64,000 bases of DNA. Source: Scyliorhinus canicula (lineage: Eukaryota). This document shows, piece by piece, positions 26,960 to 39,685 of this stretch (its first letter is position 1; every line of letters begins with the position of its first letter). The notes under the pieces were generated by a model. It saw nothing but the letters and a program-made list of their open reading frames with translations. It was not told where the DNA came from and did no database searches. The stretch covers positions 156,972,569-157,036,568 of the forward strand of contig NC_052148.1 in assembly GCF_902713615.1 (NCBI RefSeq), in the 5' to 3' direction. A program made the position numbers and the translations under genes.

Positions 26960-27889
26960 GTAAATAGATGAAATAATAATGGAAATATATAAAAGGAGTG
27001 GTTTCCAAAATTGCATTCTTGACAGTGATCTTTCCCGCCAGTAGCAATTAAATCAGATACACGGTTTTCTGTCCATTTAAACTATAATCTTGATTTGTAA
27101 AATGGAGCAATATAGATGTGCGACTTTTAAGTGGTAATGGATTTCAGGAGAGTGAAGCCAGGGTCAGCTCTTCCCAATGGTGTCAGACTGTGACCCGGAC
27201 TATTTGGATTCCCAGGCCACGTTATACCTTCCAGTTGTCGTCCTGTAAGGAGGCAACTGGCTGGTGTCTGACAGATGAAGGTTGGGTGGATCGGACATTA
27301 ACCAGGCACACAGGTAAGCCAGGAGCTGATTAGTTGATATCACTGATATTCTCTCTGGTAATCTGGAAAGCGTTTGAGACAACGCTGTTCAGTGCTGCGG
27401 TGACTGTGTCTACGAGAAGCAATAATGTGGCAGTGCATTGCAGATCTTCTAGCAGGTGACATAACTCTGTAACAACCTTTCTCAAGAAGCTCATTGCTGT
27501 TCAGAGAGGTGCAGTTATATTGTGCTGATCCTGAAACCCAATGAGAGGGTAAAGATCCCTGTGAGTTCCCATCCTTCTATTTCTTTTCTCTGCAGCTCTG
27601 TCCCTCCCTCCCATTGCTGCTTCTCCTCCTCTTGTTGGAGTGTAATTGCCAACAGGAGCCTCTGGAAGAAAATATGTATTATCCCTTTAGAACTCAGTAG
27701 ATTACACAGCCAATATAACACCATGAAACCACTTAAGAGGACAAAACTATCCAATACAAGCAAAATAGTTGCCAAACACTTAATTAAATGAGAGGAGCTG
27801 AGTATCTCTTTGAATACAGTTAAATATGGCTGCCTCTCAGCTTGTGCTAACTGTGCTTTGTGGATGAGTTCCAGCATTCTTTCATCTGC

Positions 27890-28510
27890 AAAAGATAATG
27901 AGGAAAGAATGGACAAGTGGCGGTAGTGTTGAGTTAGTGGATTATTGCAGTGCTGGAGAAAGAGGGTGATTCAGAGGGATCAAGGATAGATTCTATTTGG
28001 CTAGAGCTGACAAACAAACAAATGCTGCAATTATATTGCTCAGTGTAGTCTATGTGCCACCAACTGTTGGGAAAGATGTAGAGGAATAAACTTGCAAGAG
28101 AATTACAGAGAGGTGCAAGAATTCTAGAGTAGCTAAAATGGGGGACTTTACTTATCTGAATATAGATTGGGATGGTAGTACTCTAAATGGTAGAAAGGGG
28201 CAAGAGTTCCAAGAATATGATCAGAAGACCTTTCCATAGCAGTATATTTCCAGTTCAATATGTAAGAGGCACTTCTCGGCATGGATGTTGGGAATGAGGT
28301 GGACCAAGTGAATCAAGTGTCAGGAGGAGAACATTTAGAGGACAGTGATCATTGTACCATAAGATTTAGGTTGACTATAGAAAAGGGCAAGGAACAATCC
28401 AGAGTAAGAATAATTAACGAGCGGAAAGCCAATTTTAATGGGGAATGAACAGATTTGGCTCAGATCAATTGGAACCAAAGATTGGCAAGCAAAATTGTAA
28501 CTGAACAATG
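27890..28510 (+). mobile_element. CR1 endonuclease-region fragment
   Basis: Decayed VYVPP, MGDF and LEDSDH motifs. Confidence 0.7.
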
Positions 28511-28659
28511 GGTTACCCCACTTTCTCAACCTTGCCCTTCGCCTGAGATATGGTGACCGTCAGGGTAAATCAGCACCAGTCAGCTCTCCCCCTCAAGGGA
28601 GAAAGCAGCTAATGGTCATCTGGGACTATGGCGACTTTACCTTTAACAACACAGTCAAG

Positions 28660-29300
28660 GAGCGAGTTCTCTGTTTCCCGATGCTGATTTCATAATTACC
28701 GATCGGGCGGAGAATCCATTTTTAGGGCCGAATCGGGGCGGTGCCTGTTTTACGCAGGTTGCGCATTCCCTGCCCCTCCAAAACGGTAACATCGAGGAGC
28801 GCGGCGCATGCCGTTGGGACGGCCTCAGGACATCACCTGAATGCCTTCCCCCGATGCTCTGCCCCCGATGGGCCGCGTTCCCGACAGCGCAGTTGACGTG
28901 TGGTCTCAATGGTCAGGAACCCGGCGTGGCGGCTGTGGACTGTGTCCAGTGCCACCACAGTCAGGCGGGAGCCGTGTTGCCAGCGGGAGGGAGGGGGGGG
29001 CTTCGGCGAGGGCTGGCGAGACTGGTGGGGGGTGGCCAGGGGGCACTATCTGGCAGGTTGGGTCCGCGCATGGCTGGCGCCATGTTGTATGCCGCGACCG
29101 TTGCACATCGTCGCTGTGCGCATGCGTAGCCATGGACCCAGCAATTCTACGGTTGTTTGTTTTGTGGAGGCTGGGCGTTTTATGTGGCGCGGCTGCTGGC
29201 CCCTCACCGGTCGGAGGATTGGTGCTGGGGCGTGCCGATTTTTCCCAGGTAAACGCTACGGATCCTCTGGACATGGTCTCAAAATTGGAGAATCCAGCCC
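28660..29300. mobile_element. Harbinger-family MITE
   Basis: TIRs GAGCGAGTTCTC / GAGAATCCAGCCC; TSD AAG. Confidence 0.85.
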
Positions 29301-29504
29301 AAGGTATATTCTCATGGAGGAGAACAAAAGTGCAAACAACAACAACCATTCGCACTCCATTTCCCTTTTGTTCCATGATATCTTTGTCATTTAATCTTTC
29401 CAACCTCTACTCAATCCCAGACCTCCCTTTTTTACCTCCCCCTCCCCCACATCTCCTTTCAATGCTCTGAAGAAAACTCATATTCAACTGGAAATGTTAA
29501 CGCT

Positions 29505-29727
29505 AGGTGGAATTTTCCAGCCCCCCCCCCCCACCCCCGCTTCCCCCAGTATGTTTTCTGTGGTAGGGGTGGCTTGCCATTGGTCACCAGCAAGATCTTC
29601 CAGTTCCATCGAAGTCAATGACGATTTGTATTACTTGCCCACACCATCGCTGGGGATCCTGCCACTGGGGTTGCCTTCAGCAGGACCAGAAGGTCCAGCC
29701 GACGGGAAGGACCGGAAAATCCCGCCC
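29505..29727. mobile_element. Small Harbinger-family MITE inside a Penelope-like terminal remnant
   Basis: TIRs AGGTGGAATTTTCC / GGAAAATCCCGCCC; TSD GCT/TCT. Confidence 0.7.
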
Positions 29728-29789
29728 TCTGTTTCTCTCTCCACAAATGCTGCCAGACCTACTGAGCATTTCCACTTTCGGTTTACCTT

Positions 29790-30310
29790 GGTGGTGGGAA
29801 AGTGTATGGAAATGATAATTCGATACAAAATTATTTGTCACTTGGGAAAATGCAGGTTATTTCAGAAAAGCCGGTGTTTCAGTCTTCCTTTGGTTTGGAG
29901 AAGTTTGGTCTGTCTTCCTTGAGGAGATGTTTGCGAGGAAATTTGTAAAAGGTATTCAAAATCATAAGAGGGCTGGATAGAGTAGAAAAGGAGAAACTGT
30001 TCCAATTGGTGAAAGGATTAAAAAGGGAAGAGTGCAGATTTCATTCAATTGGGAAAAAAAGCAATAGAGACATGAGGAGAAACATTTTCACGTAGCGAGT
30101 GGTTAGGATCTGGAATGCACTGCTTGAGAATGTGTTAGAGGCAGGTTCATTCACAACATTCAAAAGGGATTATTATCTGAAAAGGAAGAAATCCCAGAAC
30201 TATGTGCATTAAGACTAGGGTGTGGCACTAGGTGAATTGCCCCCTCGGAGAGCTAGCACAGAAACAATGGACCGAAAGGCCTCTCTGCTCTGCTGAAAGC
30301 ATTCTGTGAT
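29790..30310 (+). mobile_element. CR1 fragments including 3' tail
   Basis: Decayed ORF2 C-terminus (TGGAATGCACTGC) and tail ATGGACCGAAAGGCCTCT. Confidence 0.65.
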
Positions 30311-30491
30311 TCTTATATTGATGTTTTCAGCCTAAATAACTCATTAAGTTTCATTTTGTACTGGAATGACTTGAAATATGTGAAGTAATTTATATATTTG
30401 CTGTATAATGGTATTCTTCTCAATCCCAATGATATGTTTTTCAGCCAAAATTAAATAGCATTTCTATCTTTGCTCAGAATAGACTGTACAA

Positions 30492-30721
30492 GGGCGGCAT
30501 GTGGCGCAGTGGGTAGCACTGGGATCACGGCGCTGTGGATTGAGTGTGATTCCCAGCCCTGGGTCACTGTCCATGTGTAGTTTGCACATTCTCCCCATGT
30601 CTGTGTGGATTTCACCCCCACAACCCAAAAGATGTTCACATTAGATGGGTTGGCCACGCTAAATTGCCCCTTAATTGAAAAAAAAATTAAATAATTGGGC
30701 ACTCTAAATTTATTTTTTATA
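30492..30721 (+). mobile_element. Short HE1/V-SINE-like SINE
   Basis: tRNA head, V-domain TTTGCACATTCTCCCC, A/T tail; 14-bp TSD AATAGAC(T/A)GTACAA. Confidence 0.88.
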
Positions 30722-30805
30722 AATAGACAGTACAATGGTAACTAGCACATAGAAAATGTTTACTGGTCTGAAGTGAAAGTTAGAACCACTGCGGTTCCAC
30801 ATCAT

Positions 30806-31190
30806 GGCAGGGATTCTACCAGCCCTTTGGAGATAGGTGGGGAGGATGAGGTTTTCCCACTGCCATGGGATATTAGCAAAGGCAGGAAACATAAAGTAAC
30901 AGAAAGGCTCCCGATTGTGCCATGAGTCTGCCAACAACACTGAGGCAGCCTCAAGATGGCCTCTGGTGGTGGGGGTGGAGGCAGAAAGTCAAATGGCCAA
31001 TGGAGGGACTGACCTTCAGCAGGTGGGTATGGATCACTAGTCTCTACCAGCGTGACCCTGGTATGACCCTGGTGTGGCAGACCTCACTGTGGTCCAAGGG
31101 GTAAATCCTTCGGAGAGTTGCCCCCAAAATCCATCCGAGGGCCACCCAGCCCCCCCGCCCAATGCACTGCCTGCCCACCCCTCCTCCACC

Positions 31191-31222
<32 letters not shown>

Positions 31223-32886
31223 GCGACTTGCTGAGAATGGACACATAGAGCTTCCAGGTAAGTGTTACAGCTGCAATTCTTATTGCTGCCCCTGTCTGGC
31301 CTGCTCTCTGGCATCAGAAAGGCGTTTCATTTCTGGGGGGAGATCTGTGGGTAGTTGGGCTGCAGATTATAGGGGGTGAGGAGTCCCTTTAGTCGGGGGT
31401 CCCTGGCAGGGTGGGGGGATTCCTCTATTATCACGGGTCTCCCAGGGACCCCCATAATAAGGAGACCACCGGGAACCCTGCTGACTGAAAGGACCACCCA
31501 GGGAGCCACTGTTAAAGGGACCCCAAAGTCCCTCCCCCTCCCCCCCCCCCCCCCGCAGAGAAGAGACTTCTGTCTGGAAGTTAGAGCAATCTAGACTGGG
31601 GAAGTGAAAAGAATTACAGATTTAACACTTACCTAGACGCTCCACATGTCCACTCCTGGAAGGAGAGCAGCTGTGACCTGCATCTCGACCCCACAGATCC
31701 ATTGGCTGCAAGCCATTCATAACTTTCTAGCAGTGGGCTGTAATTGACAGCTTCCACAATACAGCTGCAGCCTTGATTCATTAATTTGCCTTCATGGATC
31801 ACTGACTCTAAGTGGTGAAACGCCAATGTTTACAAACATTGACCACATCAAAGAGAGGTAAGTGCATTCCAAACACTTAAGCGTGTGATTGCACTGCACT
31901 TACCTCTCTTTGGTGTTGTCACTGTTTGTAGACATTGGGGTTTCACCACTTAGTGTCACTAATCCATGAAAGGACGTGATCGATTCAGGGCTGCAGATTG
32001 TTTGTAGAAGCTGTCAATCACAACCCACTACTAGAAAGCTATGAATGGCTTGCAGTTAATGGCTCTGTGCGAACCGGACGCGGGTCACAGTTGCTGAGAA
32101 TGGACACATAGAGCTTCAAGGTAACTGTTACAGCTGCAATTCTTATTGCTGCCCCTGTCTGGCCTGCTCTCTGGCATCAGAAAGGCATTTCGTTTCTGGG
32201 GGGAGATCTGTGGGTAGTTGGGCTGCAGATTATAGGGGGTGAGGAGTCCCTTTAGTCGGGGGTCCCTGGCAGGGTGGGGGGATTCCTCTATTATCACGGG
32301 TCATTGGGTGGGTCTCCCTATTACTGGGATCCCTGGGGGGGGTCCCCTTATTACAGGTGTCCTGGGGGGGGTTTGTTTCCTCCTATTACAGGTGTCCCTG
32401 GGGTGGTCTCCCAGTAACTGGGGTTCCTGGGAGGGGCTCCTTATTACAGAAGTCGCGGGGGGGGGGGGGGGGACGGGACTGGTGGAGGAGGGGTGGGCAG
32501 GCAGTGCATTGGGCCGGGGGGGGGGGGTGTGGCCCTCGGATGGACTTTGGGGGTAACTCTCCGAAGGATTTACCCTTTGGCCCACAGTGAGGTCTGCCAC
32601 ACCAGGGTCACGCTGGTAGAGACTAGTGATCCATACCCACGTGATTCCCAGCCCAAGGATCAGAGAATCATGGACGGCTGTAGCATAGGGTACCAGGCCT
32701 GCTACATTAAGATGCATTTGCATTCATTTACATCCCTTCGCCAGCACATGGACCTCGATCCTGTCTTGAGTGGGTTGTTGAAGTATCACGATCAGGTCGG
32801 CGCCCGGTGTCGATCCTGACTTTCTCCCGATTCTCTGTCCCATTGGGGAACGCAATCGAGGTGTCACGGGACAGAATATCCAGCCC
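30806..32886. mobile_element. Foldback/palindromic non-autonomous element, probably Harbinger-related
   Basis: TIR-like ends GGCAGGGATTCT / AGAATATCCAGCCC (poor match); long inverted arms centred at about 31880. Confidence 0.6.
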
Positions 32887-33043
32887 AATTTTGGAAAAAA
32901 AAACTTTATTGGTTTCCTCATGGGACTAATAAATAAATTAATGTTATTGATCCAGAAAACAGGGTTTTTTTAATGCTCGAAGAATGGATTATAGTGAAGC
33001 TAAAGCATCAATGTTTTGAATTTTATTTCGGATTTTATTTCAG

Positions 33044-33256
33044 CTTACAAATATGAAGAAGAACATAGAACAACAAACAAAGGCTTCCCAAGATGCTCTC
33101 CAGCTGCTTCAGTCCCAGTTTAATAAAGAAAGAGAAAAGCTCCTGGAGAATGTTCAGTGTGTCACAGCATTAAATCAGGATCTGAAATCCCAGCTTGAGA
33201 ACCTAAACGAGCAGATCCTGAAAAATGAGGAAAAAAGCCAACAGCACAAAATAGTG
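33044..33256 (+). CDS. FAM184B: FAM184B-like exon (LTNMKKNIEQQ...QHKIV)
   Basis: tttcag|CTT, GTG|gtaagg, 213 nt, phase 0 to 0. Confidence 0.88.
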
Positions 33257-34894
33257 GTAAGGAGTTTGTTGTAACTTTCTTTTTAAAAGGAAGCCACATT
33301 TTGTTCAGCACACTTTGTGTAAGTCCACCAACAGTGAGGTGAAAGACCAGAAAACTAGACCTGGAATGTCCACTCTAAACATGGCCCTGACTCAGAGGAT
33401 GCATGTTCAGGAAAAAACACTCCCTATCCAAGAGTTTCCGTTGTCCTCGACTAGATTCTGCTGGGTGGCCGATACATCAAGTCAAAAGAGATGTGCTGAT
33501 CTCCTGGGCAATGGATGAGGGAGGCCACATGGGGGTTCCAGATCTGTATCTTGGACTGGACATCCAAAGACACAAGACTTTCTTCCAAATAGATGGGTCT
33601 CTCCACAGGATGGTGATAGAACCGACACAAGATTTAACTGTGGGTTGAGGTTTCTGCAAGCTGAATGGATGGTTCGGAATTTTTGCCTCCCCCATCCCAC
33701 CCCACCAGTGAACATCCTTTGTGCCCATTATAATTTATGTGCAGTTAATGGTGCAGGTGCTTGTCAGTTATAGTATGTCTCCCCTGACTCCAGCTACTCC
33801 AGAGGCTCAGCAATGGAGACTGCCACCCTATCATGAATCACTTACCTCAAACAGCCCTAGGTGTTTCAGAGCTCCATCCCTCTATTGATTACTGTGCACT
33901 TCAACATTGTCCAAACAGATTGCCCTCTGAGGCTCTGGTAACCTCTTCAGGTTCTTTCACTACAGGGAAAAGCTTTTGGTTTTTCTGCCAACTGGCACAT
34001 CACAAAATAATTATAACATAGGAAATAGGAGAAAGTGTAACTGAATCATCTGGAACCTCACAATGCATTTCTGCTATCTGATGAGAAAGCATCAGTAATT
34101 TTGGGAAAAAAATTTTTTTTTCCCATTTTATATTGAAAGAGAAATTTCTTTGTTTTTAGATTCCAAGTTTTAGATTCAATTGCAAAATTTGATGAGAATG
34201 TATTCTCTGTTTCTCTTCAAACACCAAACTATTGTTATTGAAATTCCCTGGCATAATAATCCTCTCATAGCTCTCTCCACTGGTGGTGATAAACATCATT
34301 TCTCTTATGGCATTAAACTACGGTTCCAAAAACCAAATATCCATAGTTAATGCTAAAGTATTCATCCTCGTCCCTCTGTGATAGGATATGCTGGGATAGG
34401 ATATACAAAAAGAAGAAATAGACTCCGATCCAGGAAAAGCATTGGAACTGGAAACTAAAATACTAGTACCAGCTGTGGACTAAGTTCAGGCTGTCGAGAA
34501 GCTATCTACGTGTCTGTAATGTATGCTTATGTAATTATATATGTGCATAAAGTTATATGTCATTATTTGAAACTATGCTTGTTCTTGATGTACGCTATTA
34601 TAGGTTATTTTTAAGACCATATTCCAGTTGCTTGGACTGCAATGAAATCTTAAAAGTCATGCCTAGCATGCCAATATAGTCATCTAATTGCCAAGTAGGA
34701 CTGAGATTTTCACACGGTCTGGTTGTAGATTTACATCATGTGATCTTCAATCTACCAGCAAGATTAATAAGGATTCCCAGACTACATTGCTTGGGCATGA
34801 TGTGTAGCTGTAATGACATAATATTTACTTAGCTTGGGATTCCCCACAGGTTCAGTGAGTAATATAGACTATGAAGTTCACAGTTGGTGCTCTG

Positions 34895-35531
34895 GGGCGA
34901 CATTCTCCCCTACCCGGCATGACGGAGGGTGCCGGCGTAGGGGAGTAGCGCCAACCACTCAGGGGTCGGACCTCCCCAAAGGTGGGGAATTCTCCCCACC
35001 TTTGGGGGCCAGCCCCGCACCGGAGCGGTTTGCACCAGAACACTGGCACAAAAACCCGGCGCACCCGGCAGCAGGGCTGGCCGAAAGGCTTTCACCAGTC
35101 GGTGCATGCGCCGGCAGTGACGTCAGCGGCAGCTGGCCGCTGACGTCACTGCCGGTGCATGCGCGATGTGGGGTTCTCTTCCGCTTCCGCCATGGCGGCC
35201 GCGGAAGGAGAAATAGTGCACCCACGGCACTGGCCCGGAGTCTGAGCGGGGGGCCCCGATCGCGGGCCAGGTCACCGTGGGGGCACCCCTCGGAGCCCGT
35301 TCGTGCCGCTGATCCCGCCGTTCCAGAGTTGGTTCAAACCTCGGCGGCGGGAGAGGCCTCCCAGCGGCGGGACTTTGGCCCATCCGGGCCGGAGATTCAC
35401 CGCAGGGGCCTCTCCGATCGGAGTGGCGAGATTCCGCCGCCGCCACTTCCCGGGTGGCGGAGAATCTCTGCCACGGCGGGGGCGGAATTTTAGGCGGCCC
35501 CAGGCGACAGCAGGGTCGGAGAATTTCTCCC
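34895..35531. mobile_element. Harbinger-family MITE
   Basis: TIRs GGGCGACATTCTCC / GGAGAATTTCTCCC; TSD CTG. Confidence 0.88.
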
Positions 35532-36072
35532 CTGATCTGCACTGAGTTAGCTGAATTCCATTAGAACAATGGTAGGTTACCCTACAATTTACCTCAGAGC
35601 CACTGAGATGGGGAGAAGAAAATCATTTAGAATGCCTGCTCCTAATTTCTATTCAGCAACTGCTGCTTTGTGGACGTTTGGATGTTACATATGAATAACA
35701 TCAGATTTTTCTGTGGTACCCCTTTCAGTTGAATAGCCTGTTGACACACGCTGCCTGTTGAATCATGTCCACTATATCCTAGCAGAGTCAACATCCTCAG
35801 AAGAAGGGAGAAAGCGAGGGGAGAAAAATAAGAAAAAAACTACTTAAAAGTGAGAGACAATTATGAATCAAGCCTGGTGCTGTTCCTGACACGTTCATTG
35901 CATTCCTCATTGAACCAGGGGTGATCCCGCAACTGCATACTCATGATAGAGTCAGGGAAAAGCCGGGCCATGAGTTTGCAGATTATGATTGAACACAATT
36001 CTGCTGCTTGTGTCTCACAGCACCTCATGGATGCCTGATTTTGAGCTGCGAGAGCTGTTCTTATTTTATCCA

Positions 36073-36694
36073 TGATGTGGAGATGCCGGTGTTGGACTGG
36101 GGTGAGCACAACACCAGGTTAAAGTCCAACAGGTTTGTTTCGAATCACTAGCTTTCGGAGCACTTCGCCTTGGAGAACGATTGCCTGGAGATCAGAGGCT
36201 GAATGCCCTTGACTGCTGAAGTGTTCCCTGACTGGAAGGGAACACTCCTGCCTAGTGATTGTCACGCGATATCCGTTCATCCGTTGGCGGCTTTCAGGAC
36301 GCGCGACAGCATAGAACTGCCGAGCAGAACCTTATAGCCAACTTCTGCACACATGAGTACGGCCTCAACCGGGACCTTGGATTCATGTTGAATTACATTC
36401 ACCCCCCACCATCTGGCCTGGACTTTCGAAATCCTACCAACTGTCCTGGCTTTGAGACAATTCACACCTCTTTAACCTGTGATTATCCCTCTCTCCAGCT
36501 GCTCTGTTTGGACCTGTAAAGACTTAATTACCTGCAAAGACTCATTCAAAGTATAGTTTTGCATTTTTGACTTTGTCTATAGATATGTTTCTGGAAACTA
36601 CCACTTCATTCATCTGAGGAAGGAGCAGTGCTCCAAAAGCTAGTGATTTGAAACAAGCCTGTTGGACTTTAACCTGGTGTTGTAAGACTTTTTA
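36073..36694 (+). mobile_element. Penelope-like element fragment with inverted terminal repeat copies
   Basis: GIY-YIG C-terminal-like peptide AEQNLIANFCTHEYGLNRD; inverted repeats 36108-36164 / 36627-36683; 13-bp TSD CTTATTTTATCCA. Confidence 0.8.
36608..36648 (+). ncRNA. Minimal hammerhead ribozyme motif, probably inactive
   Basis: CTGAGGA-A-GGAGC-AGT-GCTCC-AAAA-GCTA; the core GAAA reads AAAA here but GAAA in the inverted copy. Confidence 0.6.
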
Positions 36695-37143
36695 CTTATT
36701 TTATCCAATTTAGTATGCTGCCACACAAGATGGTGGACGGTGCCCTAAGAGTGAAAATCAGACTTTGGGCCTCATGTTCGCCTTCAGTTGAGGAACCATA
36801 AGTCAGGCCACTTCCCAACATTGCGTACCTAACTTCTAAAAGTCAGCCCATTCACCCGGTATTTTGGTCTCTGGGTGTAGTCTGGTCCACTGCCTCCCAA
36901 TGCATGCCTGAGTTGGCAACAAAGGTGGGTGAATGGTGAGGGCAACAGATTAGAAAGCCTGCCTCTGTTTACTGGCATATTAATGCAGTTCAATTCATGG
37001 CTGTTTGGCCTTCTAGCTTCACTCCCCATTCCTCACACCCCCCTCCCCCAACTGCCTCCCCTGTCCCTTCCATATCCCTCATATTTCCTATGCCCCCTCT
37101 TATTTCCCATGCCTATCCATAACCCCTCGTATTTTTCATGCCA

Positions 37144-37366
37144 GGGCAGCATGGTAGCGCAGTGGTTAGCACTGCTGTCTCACGGCGCCAAGGTCCCAGG
37201 TTCGACCCCGGCTCTGGGTCACAGTCCGTGTGGAGTTTGCACATTCTCCCTGTGTTTGAGTGGGTTTCGCCCCCACAACCCAAAAGATGTGCAGGGTAGG
37301 TGGATTGGCAACTTAATTGGGGGAAAAAATGAATTGGGGACTCTAAATTTATATATTTTTTAAAAA
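37144..37366 (+). mobile_element. Short HE1/V-SINE-like SINE
   Basis: A-box TAGCGCAGTGG, B-box GGTTCGACCC; 13-bp TSD TATTTTTCATGCC. Confidence 0.9.
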
Positions 37367-38538
37367 TATTTTTCATGCCTCCCCATCTGTATCCTCCACA
37401 TTCATTCACCCTGTATCCACTAGGTACAGGACTCACGAGCCATATAATAATACTGCTAAATCTTTTAAATACTCATGAGAATAAACAATTAGGCATTGTC
37501 TTTGAAAAAAATTTCCCTGATAGATTTTCATAAAACTCAATCAGCCAGTGAAAGTCCCATTCAAGAAAACTTTAATTCTCCTTACTCCTCTTCATCTTTA
37601 CCGAATGAGCACGCAGGTATCAAAAAACCACTTAAAATACAAATAGTCATTATAAACCCATAAAGCTGTCAAACAAAAGTACCAGTCTTATTTTTACTGC
37701 GTAAACAACCCCCTACCTAGCTTAGTTCACTAGTCAGTCTTGGGGCCCCTTCAAGCATTCATAATGAAGCCATCTGACAACTGCCATTAACAAAAGCAGG
37801 CTGAACAGATGGCGATGATGAACATTGACATCTCCCACACAGAGTATTCTGTGCCCTTGGCAACCTCAGTGCTTCTTCCAAATAGTGTTCAACATCAGGT
37901 ATTACTGATGAATCAACTGAAAGAGAAAATAATCAGCAAGTTTGCTTGTCCATCCTTGACCTGTTGCCATGAGACTTCAGACTTGAGTCAACGCTGAGAA
38001 ATTCAAGCTACTGTGTGCAGTTGATAAATTAATTCTGGTAGATTTAACCTACCAATGGGACAGGACAGACCCAGGGACATTAACTGTCAGGTATCACTCT
38101 CTGAACACAGGTATATCAGGCTGTTGCTTGTCTGTTTTTTCACAAATCTCCAGTGTCAATGAGGAGAACTTTGCAGGATTGACTGGACTGCATGTACCTT
38201 TGTTGATGTCAAGTGATCCATTTGCTTTCATTCCTATTAGGCTTTTTATAGTGGTTTGATACATTAGAGTGGCTTTCTATGACATTTCAGGGAATTGAAT
38301 TTAAATTCTCCAGCTGCTGTGGTGGGATTTGGATTCATATCTCCAGATTGGTAGTCCAGGCTACGAGATTACTAGTCCAGTAACGTATCAATGATGCTAT
38401 CTTTCTCGCAATGATATCTGTTAAACATGAATAACATGAGGTCTTTCTGACTTAATTTGCCAAGACTTGTGTTAATGAACAGCTATAATAGCTAAGGAAA
38501 TAAGCAATTTGTTACAGGTGTAAATCTATTTTTCAAAG

Positions 38539-38723
38539 GAGGACAATGACCAGAAACAAATGAAAGCTCTCAAAGAGAATCTATTGAAGTCACAGAGTGA
38601 GACCTCCGAGCTGCAGAAAGAGAAGACACTTCTTCAGGATGCTGTATCACAGCTCAACAAGGAACTAGAGTCAAGGACTCAGAAAGCTAACCAGTACAGA
38701 AGTAAAGAGGAGCAACATCAGAA
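38539..38723 (+). CDS. FAM184B: FAM184B-like exon (EDNDQKQMK...EEQHQK)
   Basis: aaag|GAG acceptor, AA|gttggt donor, phase 0 to 2 matching next exon; coiled-coil sequence. Confidence 0.8.
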
Positions 38724-39217
38724 GTTGGTAGCTCATTGACCAAACAAATACATTCACTGACTTTTGTTTAAATTCTTTTGTTCTTTTTGCTGGTGAAGTA
38801 GTTATATAGATAGATGTCAGGATTAACAATCCACTTAATGGCTTCAGCTGATGCCGTGTCAATGGTTGTGATATCACCAGGAATGGATCTCTCAGGGCTG
38901 AAGTTCAATATGTGAGCAATGGTCTGACTTGAATGGTCACAGTCACAACTTGTGGAGCAAGTGGCCATATCATCCCTTGCCCATCCTCAAATGGCTGAAG
39001 GTTGGACAGATTTTCTGTGAAACGTTGAAGCCTGGGACCCCACCACTTGGGTTAGTTACCAGGTTGTGCACCATGGGGAAGTGGTGCTGATTTCAGTTTG
39101 TAGGGTGTGGAGTGTATTCCAATAGGAACTATGGGATTTCAGACAAGAGTGTGGGTTTTCTTGAGGTCCTCTAATCTGTTAGGTTTTTGACAAACCAACA
39201 TTCAGGTGGCCATTAAA

Positions 39218-39685
39218 CATAGGAGTAAAAGTAGGTGATTTGACCTGCCGAGTCTGCTGCGTCATTCAATGGGGATTTTGCCAAATCTGACATGGTAGTC
39301 CTCAACTTCACTTACCCCTTTTATCCCCATAACCCTTGATTAAAATCAGTCCATCATAGCCTTGAACATACCTAATTGCCCAGCCTCTACAGCCCTCTGC
39401 AGTAAATAATTCTACAAATTCACTACCCTCTGAGACAAGACAGTTCCCCCCATACCTGTACTAAATGGACAACCCCTTACTGTGAGATTATGCCCTCTGA
39501 TCCCAGATTCTCCCACAAGGGGAAACAACTTCTCAGCATCTACCCCTTCAAGTCCCCTGAGAATCCCATGTATCTTAATAAGGTCGCCTTTCATTCTTCT
39601 AAACTTCAATGTGTACAGGTGAATAAAGCGGAACTGGTAGATGTGCTGTATCTGGAATTCCAAAAAGCATTTGATAAGGTACCCA
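39218..39685 (-). mobile_element. CR1 3' fragment with an inverted short RT piece
   Basis: Minus frame FRRMKGDLIK..RGH..SQRVVNL; plus frame VDVLYLEFQKAFDKVP at about 39620-39685. Confidence 0.75.

Noticed and set aside
34400-34483. Possible small exon DIQKEEIDSDPGKALELE
   Set aside because: An upstream AG is better placed, the donor is poor and an in-frame stop follows; unsupported without RNA data
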